64,000 nucleotides of DNA, from the NCBI GenBank assembly GCA_965202625.1, contig CBDBBI010000010.1, positions 1,664,001-1,728,000 of the forward strand, read 5' to 3'. The notes beneath the pieces were generated by a model. The model was not told where the DNA came from. It did not search any database and saw nothing but the letters and a program-made list of their open reading frames with translations. This stretch comes from a bacterium. GTDB lineage: Bacteria > UBA8248. A program made the position numbers and the translations under genes. This document shows, piece by piece, positions 30,195 to 40,214 of the stretch (within the stretch, counting starts at the first letter, position 1; the number at the start of each line of letters is the position of its first letter).

Positions 30195-31721
30195 ATGTGC
30201 CAGACGAATCCGTTTCAGACCAGAAAAAGCGGCATATTGCTTCACCCTACCTCGTTACCAAGCACGACGGGCTTTGGCGATCTGGGTCCCAAGGCGTTCG
30301 AGTTCGTTGAGCAACTCAAAGCTTCCGGCCAAACCTGGTGGCAAACCCTTCCTGTATGCCCCACGGACGAGACGGGCTGCCCTTACGTGTCTCCATCCAC
30401 GTTCGCGGGAAACCCGTTGCTCATATCGCTCGACCAACTCGCAGAGGAAGGTCTCCTCTCGCGAAAGAATTTTTTGAGATATCTCCGCGCGCCGCGGGCT
30501 GGGAAACTCCAACCCGCCGAGGCGACGAAAGCGCGTGAACCGCTGCTCAGGCAGGCGTTCCGTGCGTTCTCGCTCGACGGCGGAGCGGACGACGCCGCGT
30601 ATCAGAACTTCTGTGCAGCGCAAGCGGATTGGCTCGCCGACTACGCGAGGTTCTCCGCCCTCAAGCGCGCCCTCGGCGGCTCTCCTTGGTGGACGTGGCC
30701 GGAGAACACGAAACATCAGGATCCGGATGATCCGGCGTTTCGCGAGAACGTTCGCTACGCGCATTTCGAACAGTTCGTTTTTCATCGACAGTGGCACGCG
30801 CTCAAGGACTTCGCTGCCCAAAACAGGGTGGGACTCATCGGCGATGTCCCGATCTACGTCGCCCATGATTCGGCGGACGTATGGGCGCGGACGAATCTGT
30901 TCGAACTGGATGAATCCCGCCAGCCGAGCGCCTTCGCCGGCGCGCCGCCGGATTATTTCAACCGAGAAGGTCAGCACTGGGGAAATCCCCTCTACGACTG
31001 GGCGACGCACCGAGAAGAGGATTTCGCTTGGTGGAAGATGCGCCTGTCCCTGAACGTTTCGCGATTCGACGCTCTGCGTCTCGATCATTTCATCGGTTTC
31101 GCGCGCTTCTGGGCAATTCCGGCCGCCGAATCGCCCGTGCAGGGTGCCTGGCGCGAGGGGCCCGGCGAGGCATTCTTCAGTGCACTGGAGGCGAAGTTCG
31201 GCGCACTGCCCCTCATCGCCGAGGACTTGGGGACGATGGACGAGGGCGTCCACGCCCTGCGAAATCGGTTCGCTCTCCCCAGCATGCGCGTCTTGCAGTT
31301 CGCCTTCGACGGCAGCCCGGACAACCCCCACCTTCCCCACAACATTCCGCAGAACGCAGTGGTCTATACCGGAACGCACGACAACGACACCGTCCAAGGC
31401 TGGTTTCACGGTGCGGACCCGATTCTCCACAACGAATCGCCCGCCGGCTTCGTCATCTCGCGCGCTACGGCGCTCAGAACCTTCGGGGGCGAGCCGGAGG
31501 ACATCCACTGGTCGATGATCCGCGCAGCGCTGAAATCGCGGGCCGCGATCGCCATCACGCCCGCACAAGACGTCCTCGGCCTGGGCAACGAAGCCCGCAT
31601 GAATCGTCCCGGCATCATGGAGGGCAACTGGAGCTGGCAAATGGATGAGGACGCGTGGAACGAGGCGATTCAGGAGAGGCTTCTGGACATGACGCGGCAT
31701 AGCGGGCGCCTGCCCGCATAA
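30195..31721 (+). CDS. malQ: 4-alpha-glucanotransferase (amylomaltase, GH77)
   Basis: SGILLHPTSLP, GDVPIYV, GAPPDYF, GQHWGNPLYDW, RLDHFIGF, IAEDLG, YTGTHDNDT, RMNRPG..GNWSW. Confidence 0.95.
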   Translation: MCQTNPFQTRKSGILLHPTSLPSTTGFGDLGPKAFEFVEQLKASGQTWWQTLPVCPTDETGCPYVSPSTFAGNPLLISLDQLAEEGLLSRKNFLRYLRAPRAGKLQPAEATKAREPLLRQAFRAFSLDGGADDAAYQNFCAAQADWLADYARFSALKRALGGSPWWTWPENTKHQDPDDPAFRENVRYAHFEQFVFHRQWHALKDFAAQNRVGLIGDVPIYVAHDSADVWARTNLFELDESRQPSAFAGAPPDYFNREGQHWGNPLYDWATHREEDFAWWKMRLSLNVSRFDALRLDHFIGFARFWAIPAAESPVQGAWREGPGEAFFSALEAKFGALPLIAEDLGTMDEGVHALRNRFALPSMRVLQFAFDGSPDNPHLPHNIPQNAVVYTGTHDNDTVQGWFHGADPILHNESPAGFVISRATALRTFGGEPEDIHWSMIRAALKSRAAIAITPAQDVLGLGNEARMNRPGIMEGNWSWQMDEDAWNEAIQERLLDMTRHSGRLPA

Positions 31722-31779
31722 GAACATTCCGGCACGCTCCATGATCTCTATGATTCTAACGGCGGAAAGCACACGTCAT

Positions 31780-32319
31780 TTACGAATCCGACCAACCACC
31801 TTTTAGCTGCTCAACAAACGCGACGGCCTCCTGGGCCTCGACGATATCGATGTGAGGTTTTAATGCAACGATTTTGGCGGGAATATCGACAGCGTCAAGT
31901 TCTGTATTGTTTTTAGAAACGTAATGCGCCGTGGCGTATCTTTCCAACTTCCTCACACCCATACTGGCAAGTTCAGCCGCCATTTTCTCCACTTTGTCGA
32001 CATATTTTTTCATTGTTTCCTGATATTTTTGCTTCAAGAGTTCCGCCCTTTCACCGGGTATCAGCTTCGGGCCGTATGGCCATTGCTGCGGTTGCCATTT
32101 CAAAAAGTCGTTCACCCGCATCCAGGATATTTCATCGCTTAGATCAAAGGAAAAGGGACCATGCTTGTAAAGGATAAAATCGAACCCAAGGGGGAGGCTT
32201 GGTAATTCCTGCAAAAAATAAGTTCCTTTCTGGAGATGCGTTTCCCCACACCAACTACCACCATCCCTTAGATTCTCAGCCAAAGACAACAACACAGCAG
32301 CTCTTTCCAATCGCTCCAT
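31780..32319 (-). CDS. YwgA/DUF4065 (Panacea/SocA)-like winged-helix protein
   Basis: GETHLQKGTYFLQ and F.LYKHGPFSFDL motifs; 2 nt after HD gene stop, RBS GAGGGAGG; AT-richer than flanks. Confidence 0.6.
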   Translation of the reverse strand: MERLERAAVLLSLAENLRDGGSWCGETHLQKGTYFLQELPSLPLGFDFILYKHGPFSFDLSDEISWMRVNDFLKWQPQQWPYGPKLIPGERAELLKQKYQETMKKYVDKVEKMAAELASMGVRKLERYATAHYVSKNNTELDAVDIPAKIVALKPHIDIVEAQEAVAFVEQLKGGWSDS

Positions 32320-32321
32320 GT

Positions 32322-33638
32322 CTATTCATCGCCTCCCTCAGGAGAAAGGATGCGCACTCTATTTTCCCCCAGCCAATCATCTGCTTTCTTTTTGATTTCA
32401 GGAGCAACAAAAACGCGATCACAAGATGCCACCGGAACCCTCGAAAATGTTTCTTTCTCCCCTAACGCTTGCGCGATTCTTCCTCCCTTTATGAAAACTG
32501 GAAAATTCTTTATGCTCCTTTTTTGAGCATCATGGACATGCCTCACATTTCCCTCGCCAAATTCCCCAGAGGCTGCTTCATACATTCTCTTGCCCGGATC
32601 AAGAAAATGTCGCTTGTCCTCGGCGGTAGGTCTATAGACGCTTTTGAAATGTCGCCGATGAACGATGCGGTCAGCGTGCACATAGGCGGGATGAGATATC
32701 TCTTTGGCGATAGATAACATGGCGGATCCTACCTGATTATCCGTCCATTTCAAATGTTCTTCACTAACTGTTGAAAACGTCTGTTCAGGCAGCCAGGATT
32801 TCAAAAAATCTAATAAATGTTGATCATAAATGCAGCGGACGGGATGAAAATATACTTGTGAAAACATAAAATACCGCGCAAGCAGCAATGCCTCTGCGGA
32901 TTCTAAACCCCCTTCCTCCACACCTAAAACCGGTTCTTGAGAACCATCTTTTTCTTCTTTTGGCAATATCCTCATCGTATCAATCAAGCGGTAATGATCA
33001 AATTTCCCGTATGCAACGCCCGCGTGATGTGAATCGCGCAATAAATAATCCATTCTATCGGCGCCAAACACGTCCCCTGTGATAATTTCCGATAAAATAC
33101 TTTCCCACTCGCGCAGCTCAACACCCATGTAGTCTTTCGATTTCTTCGCTCCAATCGCCAGTTTCGCAACATCCTCCGGCTTCACGTCAATCTCTTGCCA
33201 AATCTCTTTCATTTGCTCGGTCAAAATTATTTTCATCGTTATGCGTTCATGATCCCAGGCCTCGGGCAATAACTCTTCCGATGCATGAGAAAACGGAAGA
33301 TGTCCGAGATCATGGCACAACGCCGCAAGCCTTAACGTCTTTTTCCATTTCAGGTAAGTATCCTTATCCTCTGGAACTATCTTTCGAACAGATTCCTCAT
33401 AAATATGTTCCGGCTTCGTTACAACGTCATAAATCCTGCTCGCAAGCTCCATCACGCCGAGTGAATGCTCGAACCTCTTGTGGGTTGCACCTGGATATAC
33501 CAGGTAGGTCAAGGCCAGCTGATGAATATGGCGCAATCGCTGAAACGGAGGCGAATCAAGAACCTTTCTCTCATCAGAATCCAGTTTGATGAATACATGG
33601 ATGGGGTCCCGTATTTCATGCGTTATGTTTTTCATCAT
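32322..33638 (-). CDS. HD-domain phosphohydrolase, SAMHD1/YwfO-like (putative dNTP triphosphohydrolase)
   Basis: IRDPIH, FQRLRHIHQL, VYPGATHKRFEHSLGV, HDLGHLPFSH, ADRMDYLLRD, VYFHP. Confidence 0.9.
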   Translation of the reverse strand: MMKNITHEIRDPIHVFIKLDSDERKVLDSPPFQRLRHIHQLALTYLVYPGATHKRFEHSLGVMELASRIYDVVTKPEHIYEESVRKIVPEDKDTYLKWKKTLRLAALCHDLGHLPFSHASEELLPEAWDHERITMKIILTEQMKEIWQEIDVKPEDVAKLAIGAKKSKDYMGVELREWESILSEIITGDVFGADRMDYLLRDSHHAGVAYGKFDHYRLIDTMRILPKEEKDGSQEPVLGVEEGGLESAEALLLARYFMFSQVYFHPVRCIYDQHLLDFLKSWLPEQTFSTVSEEHLKWTDNQVGSAMLSIAKEISHPAYVHADRIVHRRHFKSVYRPTAEDKRHFLDPGKRMYEAASGEFGEGNVRHVHDAQKRSIKNFPVFIKGGRIAQALGEKETFSRVPVASCDRVFVAPEIKKKADDWLGENRVRILSPEGGDE

Positions 33639-33782
33639 TCCGGAAAAATATCATATTTTTGTTTTTTTATCGCCTGCCAAATCTCAAATTTCTCTTTGGC
33701 CGATCTCTGAAAACAAAGGCGAGCGCAACGAGAAAACGAGCAAAGGCCATTCAGGGAATATGCTGGATGAGAAAGAACCTCC

Positions 33783-34310
33783 TCACTCCAGGGGCGGTAT
33801 CTCGAAGGCGTTCAGGGTAAGAGAGACGGTCGAATAAAAACCCACGAGCGCAGTGAGGTCCACTATGCCTCTCTCCCCGAGACGGGAGAACGCCTCCTGA
33901 TAAACGGCGTCCGATACCTTTTGCGTCTTGAGCAGTTCCATGCAATAGGCGTGAACGCAAAGCTCCAGGGGACTCCCCGCATCAGGCGCCTCATCGGCCA
34001 TCACGGCGGCCACGAGCACAGGCGTCAGACCGCTGGCCAAGGCCTGGGCCTCGTGCGCGGCGTAGGCGTACCGCGCTCCCCAGCGGCGCGTGGTGATGAG
34101 GATGGCGAGCTCCCGAACGTCCTCGGTGAGGACGCTCTCCTCCAAATAAAACCTCATGAGGCTCCGCAAGGCGACGACGAGACCCGGACTGCGCACCCAG
34201 ACCCCAAAAGGCCCGCGCACGCCGCCGCGCTGGTGGGCGATGAGTTCCTCATACGCGCTTCTCTGCTCGACCGGCATGGCTTCGGGCGCAAGCGGAGCGA
34301 GACGGCTCAT
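33783..34310 (-). CDS. Carboxymuconolactone decarboxylase family protein
   Basis: RGPFGVWVRSP, RELAIL, YAYAAH, LGERGIVDLTALVGFY..LNAF. Confidence 0.8.
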   Translation of the reverse strand: MSRLAPLAPEAMPVEQRSAYEELIAHQRGGVRGPFGVWVRSPGLVVALRSLMRFYLEESVLTEDVRELAILITTRRWGARYAYAAHEAQALASGLTPVLVAAVMADEAPDAGSPLELCVHAYCMELLKTQKVSDAVYQEAFSRLGERGIVDLTALVGFYSTVSLTLNAFEIPPLE

Positions 34311-34396
34311 GCTCTGGCTCTCCTCTCGAAGTTGTCATACTGAAAACCTGCTACAATGGCGAAACGCCAAAACCCTTTTCCATAGCGAGGTATCCC

Positions 34397-34822
34397 ATGA
34401 ACTTTGAAGATGCAATGCTGTTTATGAAAAAAAATCACAAGGGGATGATCACCACCTTGAGACCAGACGGCTCGGCGCATTCGAGCATCATCGTGTGCGG
34501 GGCGCATGAGGGTTGCGCGGCGTTCGTCATCGTGCGCGGCTGGTCGGTGAAGCTCAAGAACCTGCGCGCGAACCCCCGGTGCGCGGTGCTCTCCGTCACC
34601 CCCGACTGGCGCACTTGGGTGAGCGTGGAAGGCGCGGCTCGCTTGTTCCTCTACGAGAACACCGAAAAAGAGCATATGCGGCGGATGTTTCGCGAGGTGT
34701 ATCGCGCCTGCGGAGATTCGGATCATCCCGACTGGGAGGAATACGACAAGGCGATGCTGAACCAAGGCGCCGCCGCCGTGCTGGTCAAGCCCGAGCGCGT
34801 CTATGGGCGTCTGCCGACCTGA
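34397..34822 (+). CDS. PPOX-class (putatively F420-dependent) oxidoreductase
   Basis: TTLRPDGSAH, KLKNLRANPR, WVSVEG, DHPDWEEY, PERVYG. Confidence 0.82.
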   Translation: MNFEDAMLFMKKNHKGMITTLRPDGSAHSSIIVCGAHEGCAAFVIVRGWSVKLKNLRANPRCAVLSVTPDWRTWVSVEGAARLFLYENTEKEHMRRMFREVYRACGDSDHPDWEEYDKAMLNQGAAAVLVKPERVYGRLPT

Positions 34823-35747
34823 GGTTCAGGGATTCCACGAATGCGGCGATTCCCTCATCAAGCGCGTATCTGGGCCGCCAGCCGGTTTTTAGTCGAAACG
34901 CGCGCGCGTCCAGGCCGATACGGAAGACTTCCCCCTCGCGCAGGGGCGCTCTTTCCACCGCGAGGGGCTTTTTGTCCATGTGGCGGCAGAGGAGGTTGAG
35001 CAGCGCCTCCACCTCGGTGATGACGCCGGTGCCAACGTTGTAGGCTCCGCCGTCCCCCTCCCCTTTCGCCGCCAGCATGAACGCCTCGACCACGTCTCTC
35101 ACGTAGATGTAATCGCGCCCTGCACGCCCGTCCCCATACAGGGTAATCGCCTCGTCCTTGACCAGCCTCTCCGCGAAAATCGACAGGACGCCCGCCTCCA
35201 GAGACGCGCGCTGCCCAGGTCCATATACGTTGGCGAGGCGCAGCGAGACGACGGGCACCCTGAAGCACCTGCCGTAGAACATGAGATACCGCTCGCCCAA
35301 AACCTTGCTCATCCCATAGGGAGACTCGGGGGCGATAGGACAACTCTCATCCACAATCGCCTCCTCGGGTTCGCCGTAGCAGGCCCCGCCCGTGCAAGCG
35401 TATATGATTCTCGGCGGAGCCTCAATGCTCCTGGCCGCCTCCAGAACGCTGAGCGTGCCCATGAGGTTCACGCGCGCGTCATGGAGGGGCTGGGCTATGC
35501 TGCGCGTAACGCTCACCTGGGCCGCCAGATGGTAAATGACCTGCGGACGCGCCTCTTTCACCATACGGCTCATGAACTCTGAATCGGTGACGTCCCCCTC
35601 GCAAAAAACGGCTGCCGGACCGAAGCTCTCCGCTTCGCCGGACGCAAGATTATCCACCACCCAGACGGAATCGCCCGCCTCAAGGCAAGCCTCCACCAAG
35701 CAGGCGCCAATGAATCCGGCCCCACCCGTCACCAAAACGTTCGCCAT
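34785..35747 (-). CDS. NAD-dependent epimerase/dehydratase (UDP-glucose 4-epimerase-like)
   Basis: VTGGAGFIG, HLAAQVSV, SPYGMSK, RLANVYGP, RDYIYVRDV. Confidence 0.9.
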   Translation of the reverse strand: MANVLVTGGAGFIGACLVEACLEAGDSVWVVDNLASGEAESFGPAAVFCEGDVTDSEFMSRMVKEARPQVIYHLAAQVSVTRSIAQPLHDARVNLMGTLSVLEAARSIEAPPRIIYACTGGACYGEPEEAIVDESCPIAPESPYGMSKVLGERYLMFYGRCFRVPVVSLRLANVYGPGQRASLEAGVLSIFAERLVKDEAITLYGDGRAGRDYIYVRDVVEAFMLAAKGEGDGGAYNVGTGVITEVEALLNLLCRHMDKKPLAVERAPLREGEVFRIGLDARAFRLKTGWRPRYALDEGIAAFVESLNLRSADAHRRARA

Positions 35748-36142
35748 CAAGAATTCTCCATTCGCGTTACAAGGAACTTACCTAACGTCAAACTCCCCCT
35801 TCGCCTGCAAGGCGCAAAGCGTTAATGCGCATGGCGAATATGCCCGCTCATATCGAACCGCCGCCCACGTCCAGAAGGCGAAACCGCGCTACCCCCGAAC
35901 CGGGACGCGCACATCCATGCGAAACACGCCATGCAAAATGGCAAATAAAAGATGAGCATGCCCTATAATGGCGCGGATTCCAACCAAAAACCAGTCCACG
36001 CGCCTGTTCTACGAGGCTTTCAAGACGCAAGCGTTCGCGCGACCTCGCCAGTCATTTTTGATTTTACCCGAAGAGACCACTTCTGATAGCATATAGAGTC
36101 GTTCTCGGCGAAAAAGGCAGGTGCGAACCGGAGGAAACTCGA

Positions 36143-37135
36143 TTGGCCAAATACCTCGTCACCGGAGCGGCGGGCTTCATCGCGTCGAGAGTATGCGAGT
36201 TTCTGAGCGAGGCAGGCCACGCCGTCGTCGGTCTGGACAACATGAACGACGCCTACGACGTCCGGTTGAAGGACTATCGGCTCGCGCGTCTCAAAGAACT
36301 GCCCGGCTTCGTTTTTCAGAAGATGGACGTCACCCGGCTTGACCTCCTCCGCGAGTTGTTCTCGGAGAGCACCTCCGCAGGAACGCCGCCTTTCTCCGCC
36401 GTCTTGAACCTCGCCGCGCGGGCGGGCGTGCGACAGTCCATCGCGTCTCCCTGGGCGTATTTCGAGACCAACCTCACCGGCACGCTGAACCTGCTCGAGC
36501 TCTGCAAGGATTTCGGCGTCATGAAGTTCGTGCTCTCCTCCACCTCGAGCGCCTACGGGGCGGAGGCGCCCATGCCGTTTCAGGAGGACGCCCCGACCGA
36601 CAAGCCCCTCTCGCCCTACGCGGCCTCCAAGAAAGCGGCCGAGGCGCTCTGCTACACCTATCACCATCTGTTCGAAATCGACGTGACGGTGCTGCGCTAT
36701 TTCACCGTCTATGGTCCGGCAGGCCGACCCGACATGAGCCTGTTCCGCTTCACGCAATGGATAGCCGAGGGAAAACCCGTTCTCATCTATGGAGACGGCA
36801 CTCAGGAGCGCGATTTCACGTACGTGGACGACATCGCGCGGGGCACGATTGCGGCCTTAAAACCGGTGTCCTATGAGGTCGTCAACCTAGGATCAGATGC
36901 ACCCGTCGCCCTGAACGACGCGCTTCACGGCCTCGAGGGGCTGATCGAGAAGAAGTCCCGGGTCCGCCACGAGGAGATGAACCCCGCCGACGTGAAAGCG
37001 ACGTGGGCGAACATCGACAAGGCGGAGAGGCTCTTGGGCTGGCGGCCCGAGGTGAGGCTTTCAGACGGCCTCGCGCGTCTGGTGGAATGGTACATGGCCA
37101 ACCGAGAATGGGCGAAACACCTCGACACGGGCTAG
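36143..37135 (+). CDS. NAD-dependent epimerase (UDP-glucuronate 4-epimerase-like)
   Basis: VTGAAGFI, NLAARAGVR, PLSPYAASKK, RYFTVYGPAGRPDM, RDFTYVDDI. Confidence 0.9.
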   Translation: MAKYLVTGAAGFIASRVCEFLSEAGHAVVGLDNMNDAYDVRLKDYRLARLKELPGFVFQKMDVTRLDLLRELFSESTSAGTPPFSAVLNLAARAGVRQSIASPWAYFETNLTGTLNLLELCKDFGVMKFVLSSTSSAYGAEAPMPFQEDAPTDKPLSPYAASKKAAEALCYTYHHLFEIDVTVLRYFTVYGPAGRPDMSLFRFTQWIAEGKPVLIYGDGTQERDFTYVDDIARGTIAALKPVSYEVVNLGSDAPVALNDALHGLEGLIEKKSRVRHEEMNPADVKATWANIDKAERLLGWRPEVRLSDGLARLVEWYMANREWAKHLDTG

Positions 37136-37148
37136 CGCCCGTCTGTGG

Positions 37149-37282
37149 CCGCGCCGCCATCACGCTCGACAACCTGCTTTGAACGACCTTTTCAACGCTC
37201 TTTCACGGCCGTTTTACGAACCGTTTACGCCCCGAAAAACGGTATTTTTCCAGGCTGTTCGCAATTATTTTTGTCTGGCTAC
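37149..37282 (+). repeat. Dispersed non-coding repeat, copy 1 (internally shortened; inverted relative to copies 2 and 3)
   Basis: Reverse complement aligns with 47663-47828 and 50995-51163; 20-bp CCGCGCCGCCATCACGCTCG identical in all three. Confidence 0.85.
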
Positions 37283-37435
37283 ATGCTCCTCCAACGGCAA
37301 ACGAGCCAGGCGCACACCCAAAGAAGGGACACAGACCCCAGGGGGGATACGTCGGAAACGGAGCAGTAAATTGCAGAACGGGCAAGTCTTTTGTAGGTTT
37401 GAAAGAAACCTGAAGATTCACGGGGAGGAGAGGCG

Positions 37436-38611
37436 ATGATGCAGAAACCGCACAGGATACTCGTGGTCGACGACGAACCCGATCTCGAACACCTCGTGCT
37501 GCAACGGATGCGGCGCGAGATTCGCAACAACCAATACTCTTTCGTTTTCGCCCGCAACGGGGTCGAGGCGCTCGAGTGCCTGAACGATGAGGAAGAAACA
37601 ATCGACATGGTACTCACCGACATCAACATGCCGCAGATGGACGGCCTCACCCTGCTCAAGCAAATCCCCACGGTCGACCCTAACGTTCGCTGCGTGATCG
37701 TCTCGGCGTATGGCGACATGAAGAACATTCGCACAGCGATGAACAGGGGCGCCTTCGATTTCATCACCAAGCCGATCGACTTCGAGGATATGCGGCTCAC
37801 CATCGATCGGACCTTGAGCCACCTCGCCATGCTGCGCGAAGCTCTGGAGTCGCGCGACAAACTGGTCGAGTTGAAAAGCGACCTCGCTCTGGCGAGCAGT
37901 ATGCAGCAGTCGATCCTGCCCACCAAATTCCCAGAAAGCCCTGACTTCCAGGTGTTCGGAGGCATGGAGCCCGCCCACGACGTGGGCGGCGACTTCTTCG
38001 ACGTGATCGAGCTCTCCGACGGCCGCATCGGCGTGGCGGTCGCCGACGTCTCGGGCAAGGGAGTGCCCGCCGCCCTTTTCATGATGATCAGCCGCACGCT
38101 ACTCAACAGCATCTCCATCGCCTATTCCAATCCAGGCGAGACGCTGAGCGAGGTCAACCGCCTGCTCCAGAATAACAACGAAGCCTTAATGTTCGTCACC
38201 GTCTTTTTCGCGATTTTCGACCCGGCGAGCGGGGAGCTCGTCTACGCCAACAGCGGGCACAATCCCCCGCTCATCGTTCACGCCGACGGCTCCTTGACTC
38301 TCCTCCCCAAAACCCAGGGGATCGCCCTCGGGGTGGCGCCCGATTGCACATACGAGAAAAACACGACGAGCCTCGCCCCCGGCGACGCGATCATCCTCTA
38401 CACCGACGGCGTGACGGAGGCGGAGAACGGCGAGGGCGAACAGTTTGGGGTTGTGAGGCTGTGCGAGGTTTTCGCCGCCGCGACGCCGCGCGACGCCCGG
38501 AAGACCAACGAGACGGTCTTTCAGGCGGTAAAGAATTTCGCGGGCGACGCCCCCCAGTTTGACGACATCACCTGCTTGACGCTTTACCGCCGCCCTGGAG
38601 CGGACGGGTGA
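37436..38611 (+). CDS. Response regulator receiver + PP2C (SpoIIE/RsbU-like) phosphatase
   Basis: LVVDDE, TDINMPQMDG, TKP; VGGDFFD, ADVSGKG, NSGHNPP, YTDGVTE, DDIT. Confidence 0.92.
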   Translation: MMQKPHRILVVDDEPDLEHLVLQRMRREIRNNQYSFVFARNGVEALECLNDEEETIDMVLTDINMPQMDGLTLLKQIPTVDPNVRCVIVSAYGDMKNIRTAMNRGAFDFITKPIDFEDMRLTIDRTLSHLAMLREALESRDKLVELKSDLALASSMQQSILPTKFPESPDFQVFGGMEPAHDVGGDFFDVIELSDGRIGVAVADVSGKGVPAALFMMISRTLLNSISIAYSNPGETLSEVNRLLQNNNEALMFVTVFFAIFDPASGELVYANSGHNPPLIVHADGSLTLLPKTQGIALGVAPDCTYEKNTTSLAPGDAIILYTDGVTEAENGEGEQFGVVRLCEVFAAATPRDARKTNETVFQAVKNFAGDAPQFDDITCLTLYRRPGADG

Positions 38612-39030
38612 GCGCGAAACTCTCCTTGCGCATGGAATTGGACGTCAGCGAGCTCGCGCGCGTCGACGCCGCCGTCTCTGAATTCGCGCGTGCGGAAAAC
38701 TGGTCCCCCGACCTGGAGTTCCAGACCAAGCTCGTGATCGAGGAGTTGGGCGTCAACATCGTAAATTACGGACACGATGACGAGGAGGGCCATGCGATTG
38801 AAATTGAGATTGTCTCGAACCCGGAATCTCTCACCATCGAGATCATCGACGACGGTCGGCCGTTCGACCCCCTCACCGAGGCGCCTCCGCCGGATACCCG
38901 GTCACCCCTTGAGGATCGCCCCTTGGGCGGACTCGGCATTCATCTGGTCCGGTCGATGGTGGACGAGATATCCTATCGACGCGAGGGGAGCAGAAACCGC
39001 TTGACCCTGGTCAAACGGAGGCGAGGATGA
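38608..39030 (+). CDS. Anti-sigma factor / Ser-Thr kinase (RsbW-like HATPase)
   Basis: EELGVNIVNYG, IDDGRPFDP, GGLGIHLVRSMVD, NRLTL; GTGA overlap. Confidence 0.88.
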   Translation: MSAKLSLRMELDVSELARVDAAVSEFARAENWSPDLEFQTKLVIEELGVNIVNYGHDDEEGHAIEIEIVSNPESLTIEIIDDGRPFDPLTEAPPPDTRSPLEDRPLGGLGIHLVRSMVDEISYRREGSRNRLTLVKRRRG

Positions 39031-40214
39031 GGCGTCTGCGCCGAACCCTCCCCACGCTCTTTCTCCTCGCCAGCGCGACGCTGTGCGCGGTCTTGGAGGC
39101 GGGCGGAGCCGAGCCCGGAATTTCCGCGCGGCGCGTTCTCTTCGGCCAGTCCGCCGCTCTCACGGGACCCGCCAGGGCACTGGGAGAGAACATGCGCCTC
39201 GGCATCCAGGCCGCCTTCGGCGCGGCGAATCAGCGCGGCGGCGTTCACGGGCGCCGGCTCGACCTCCTCTCTCTCGACGACGCGTATGAGCCCGAAGCCG
39301 CCATCGCCAACACGCGGCAGTTGATCGACGAGGAGAAGGTCTTCGCCCTCATCGGCGCGGTCGGCACGCCCACGTCGCGCTCCGCCACTCCGGTCGCCGC
39401 AGCGGCGGGCGTTCCCTATATCGCGCCCTTCACCGGCGCCGCTTTTCTGCGCGATCCGAAGTGGCGAAACGTGATCAACCTGCGCGCCTCCTACTTCCAG
39501 GAAACCGAGGAAATGGTGGAGCACCTGATTCGCGATCTGGGGATCAACCGCATCGCCGTGCTCTACCAGGACGACTCCTTCGGTCTGGCGGGCTACCGCG
39601 GCGTCCGCCGCGCCCTGAAACGGCGCAACCTGCAGCCGGTCGCCATCGGCGTGTATCCCCGAAACACGACGGTGGTCAAGGCGGCTCTGCTCGACCTGCG
39701 ACGGGCAAAACCCGGAGCGGTGATCCTCATCGGCGCCTACAAGCCGGTCGCGACGCTGATCGCCTGGGCGCGGCACGCAGCGTTCAAGCCGGTTTTCGTC
39801 ACGGTCTCCTTCGTGGGCAGCAACGCGCTGATACGCGAGCTCGGCCCGGCCGGTCCCGGAGTGTTCGTCACCCAGGTGGTTCCCTTTCCGTCAGCGGCCG
39901 CGCCTCCCATCGCGGCGGCCTACCGCCGGGACCTCGCCGCGCACGCCCCCGACGCCCTTCCCGGTTTCGTCTCTTTCGAGGGCTACCTGGCCGGCCGCCT
40001 GGCCATACTCGCTCTCGAGCTCTGCGGCCGGAAAATCGACCGCTCCTGCTTCATCAACAGCCTCCGCAGCAAGGCCGTCATCGACCTCGACGGGTTTCAG
40101 CTCCGCTACGGCGAGAAAGACAACCAGGGCTCGGACGCCGTGTTTCTCACCGTCATCGGAGAGGACGGCCGCTACCACCCCACCCGAACGATGCGGCGGC
40201 CGACGCGGCCATGA
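39027..40214 (+). CDS. Periplasmic ligand-binding protein (Peripla_BP_6)
   Basis: Signal peptide, GQSAALTGP, LDDAYEP, GAVGTPT, NLRASY, YQDDSFG; ATGA overlap. Confidence 0.88.
   Translation: MRRLRRTLPTLFLLASATLCAVLEAGGAEPGISARRVLFGQSAALTGPARALGENMRLGIQAAFGAANQRGGVHGRRLDLLSLDDAYEPEAAIANTRQLIDEEKVFALIGAVGTPTSRSATPVAAAAGVPYIAPFTGAAFLRDPKWRNVINLRASYFQETEEMVEHLIRDLGINRIAVLYQDDSFGLAGYRGVRRALKRRNLQPVAIGVYPRNTTVVKAALLDLRRAKPGAVILIGAYKPVATLIAWARHAAFKPVFVTVSFVGSNALIRELGPAGPGVFVTQVVPFPSAAAPPIAAAYRRDLAAHAPDALPGFVSFEGYLAGRLAILALELCGRKIDRSCFINSLRSKAVIDLDGFQLRYGEKDNQGSDAVFLTVIGEDGRYHPTRTMRRPTRP

Noticed and set aside
30255-31772. Long antisense ORFs (e.g. 30255-31772, 40682-42388, 56064-57500, 22144-23466)
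   Set aside because: Shadow frames of GC-rich genes with no motifs.
33783-34310. Other TGA-ending genes (CMD, VOC, PPOX, DRE-TIM, Kelch) as selenoproteins
   Set aside because: Each TGA falls at the natural C-terminus with no homologous continuation.
37179-37439. Small peptide encoded by the dispersed repeat (also ORF 50914-51132)
   Set aside because: The TTG start is absent in copy 2, there is no RBS, and frames diverge by indels; similarity is explained by the DNA repeat.
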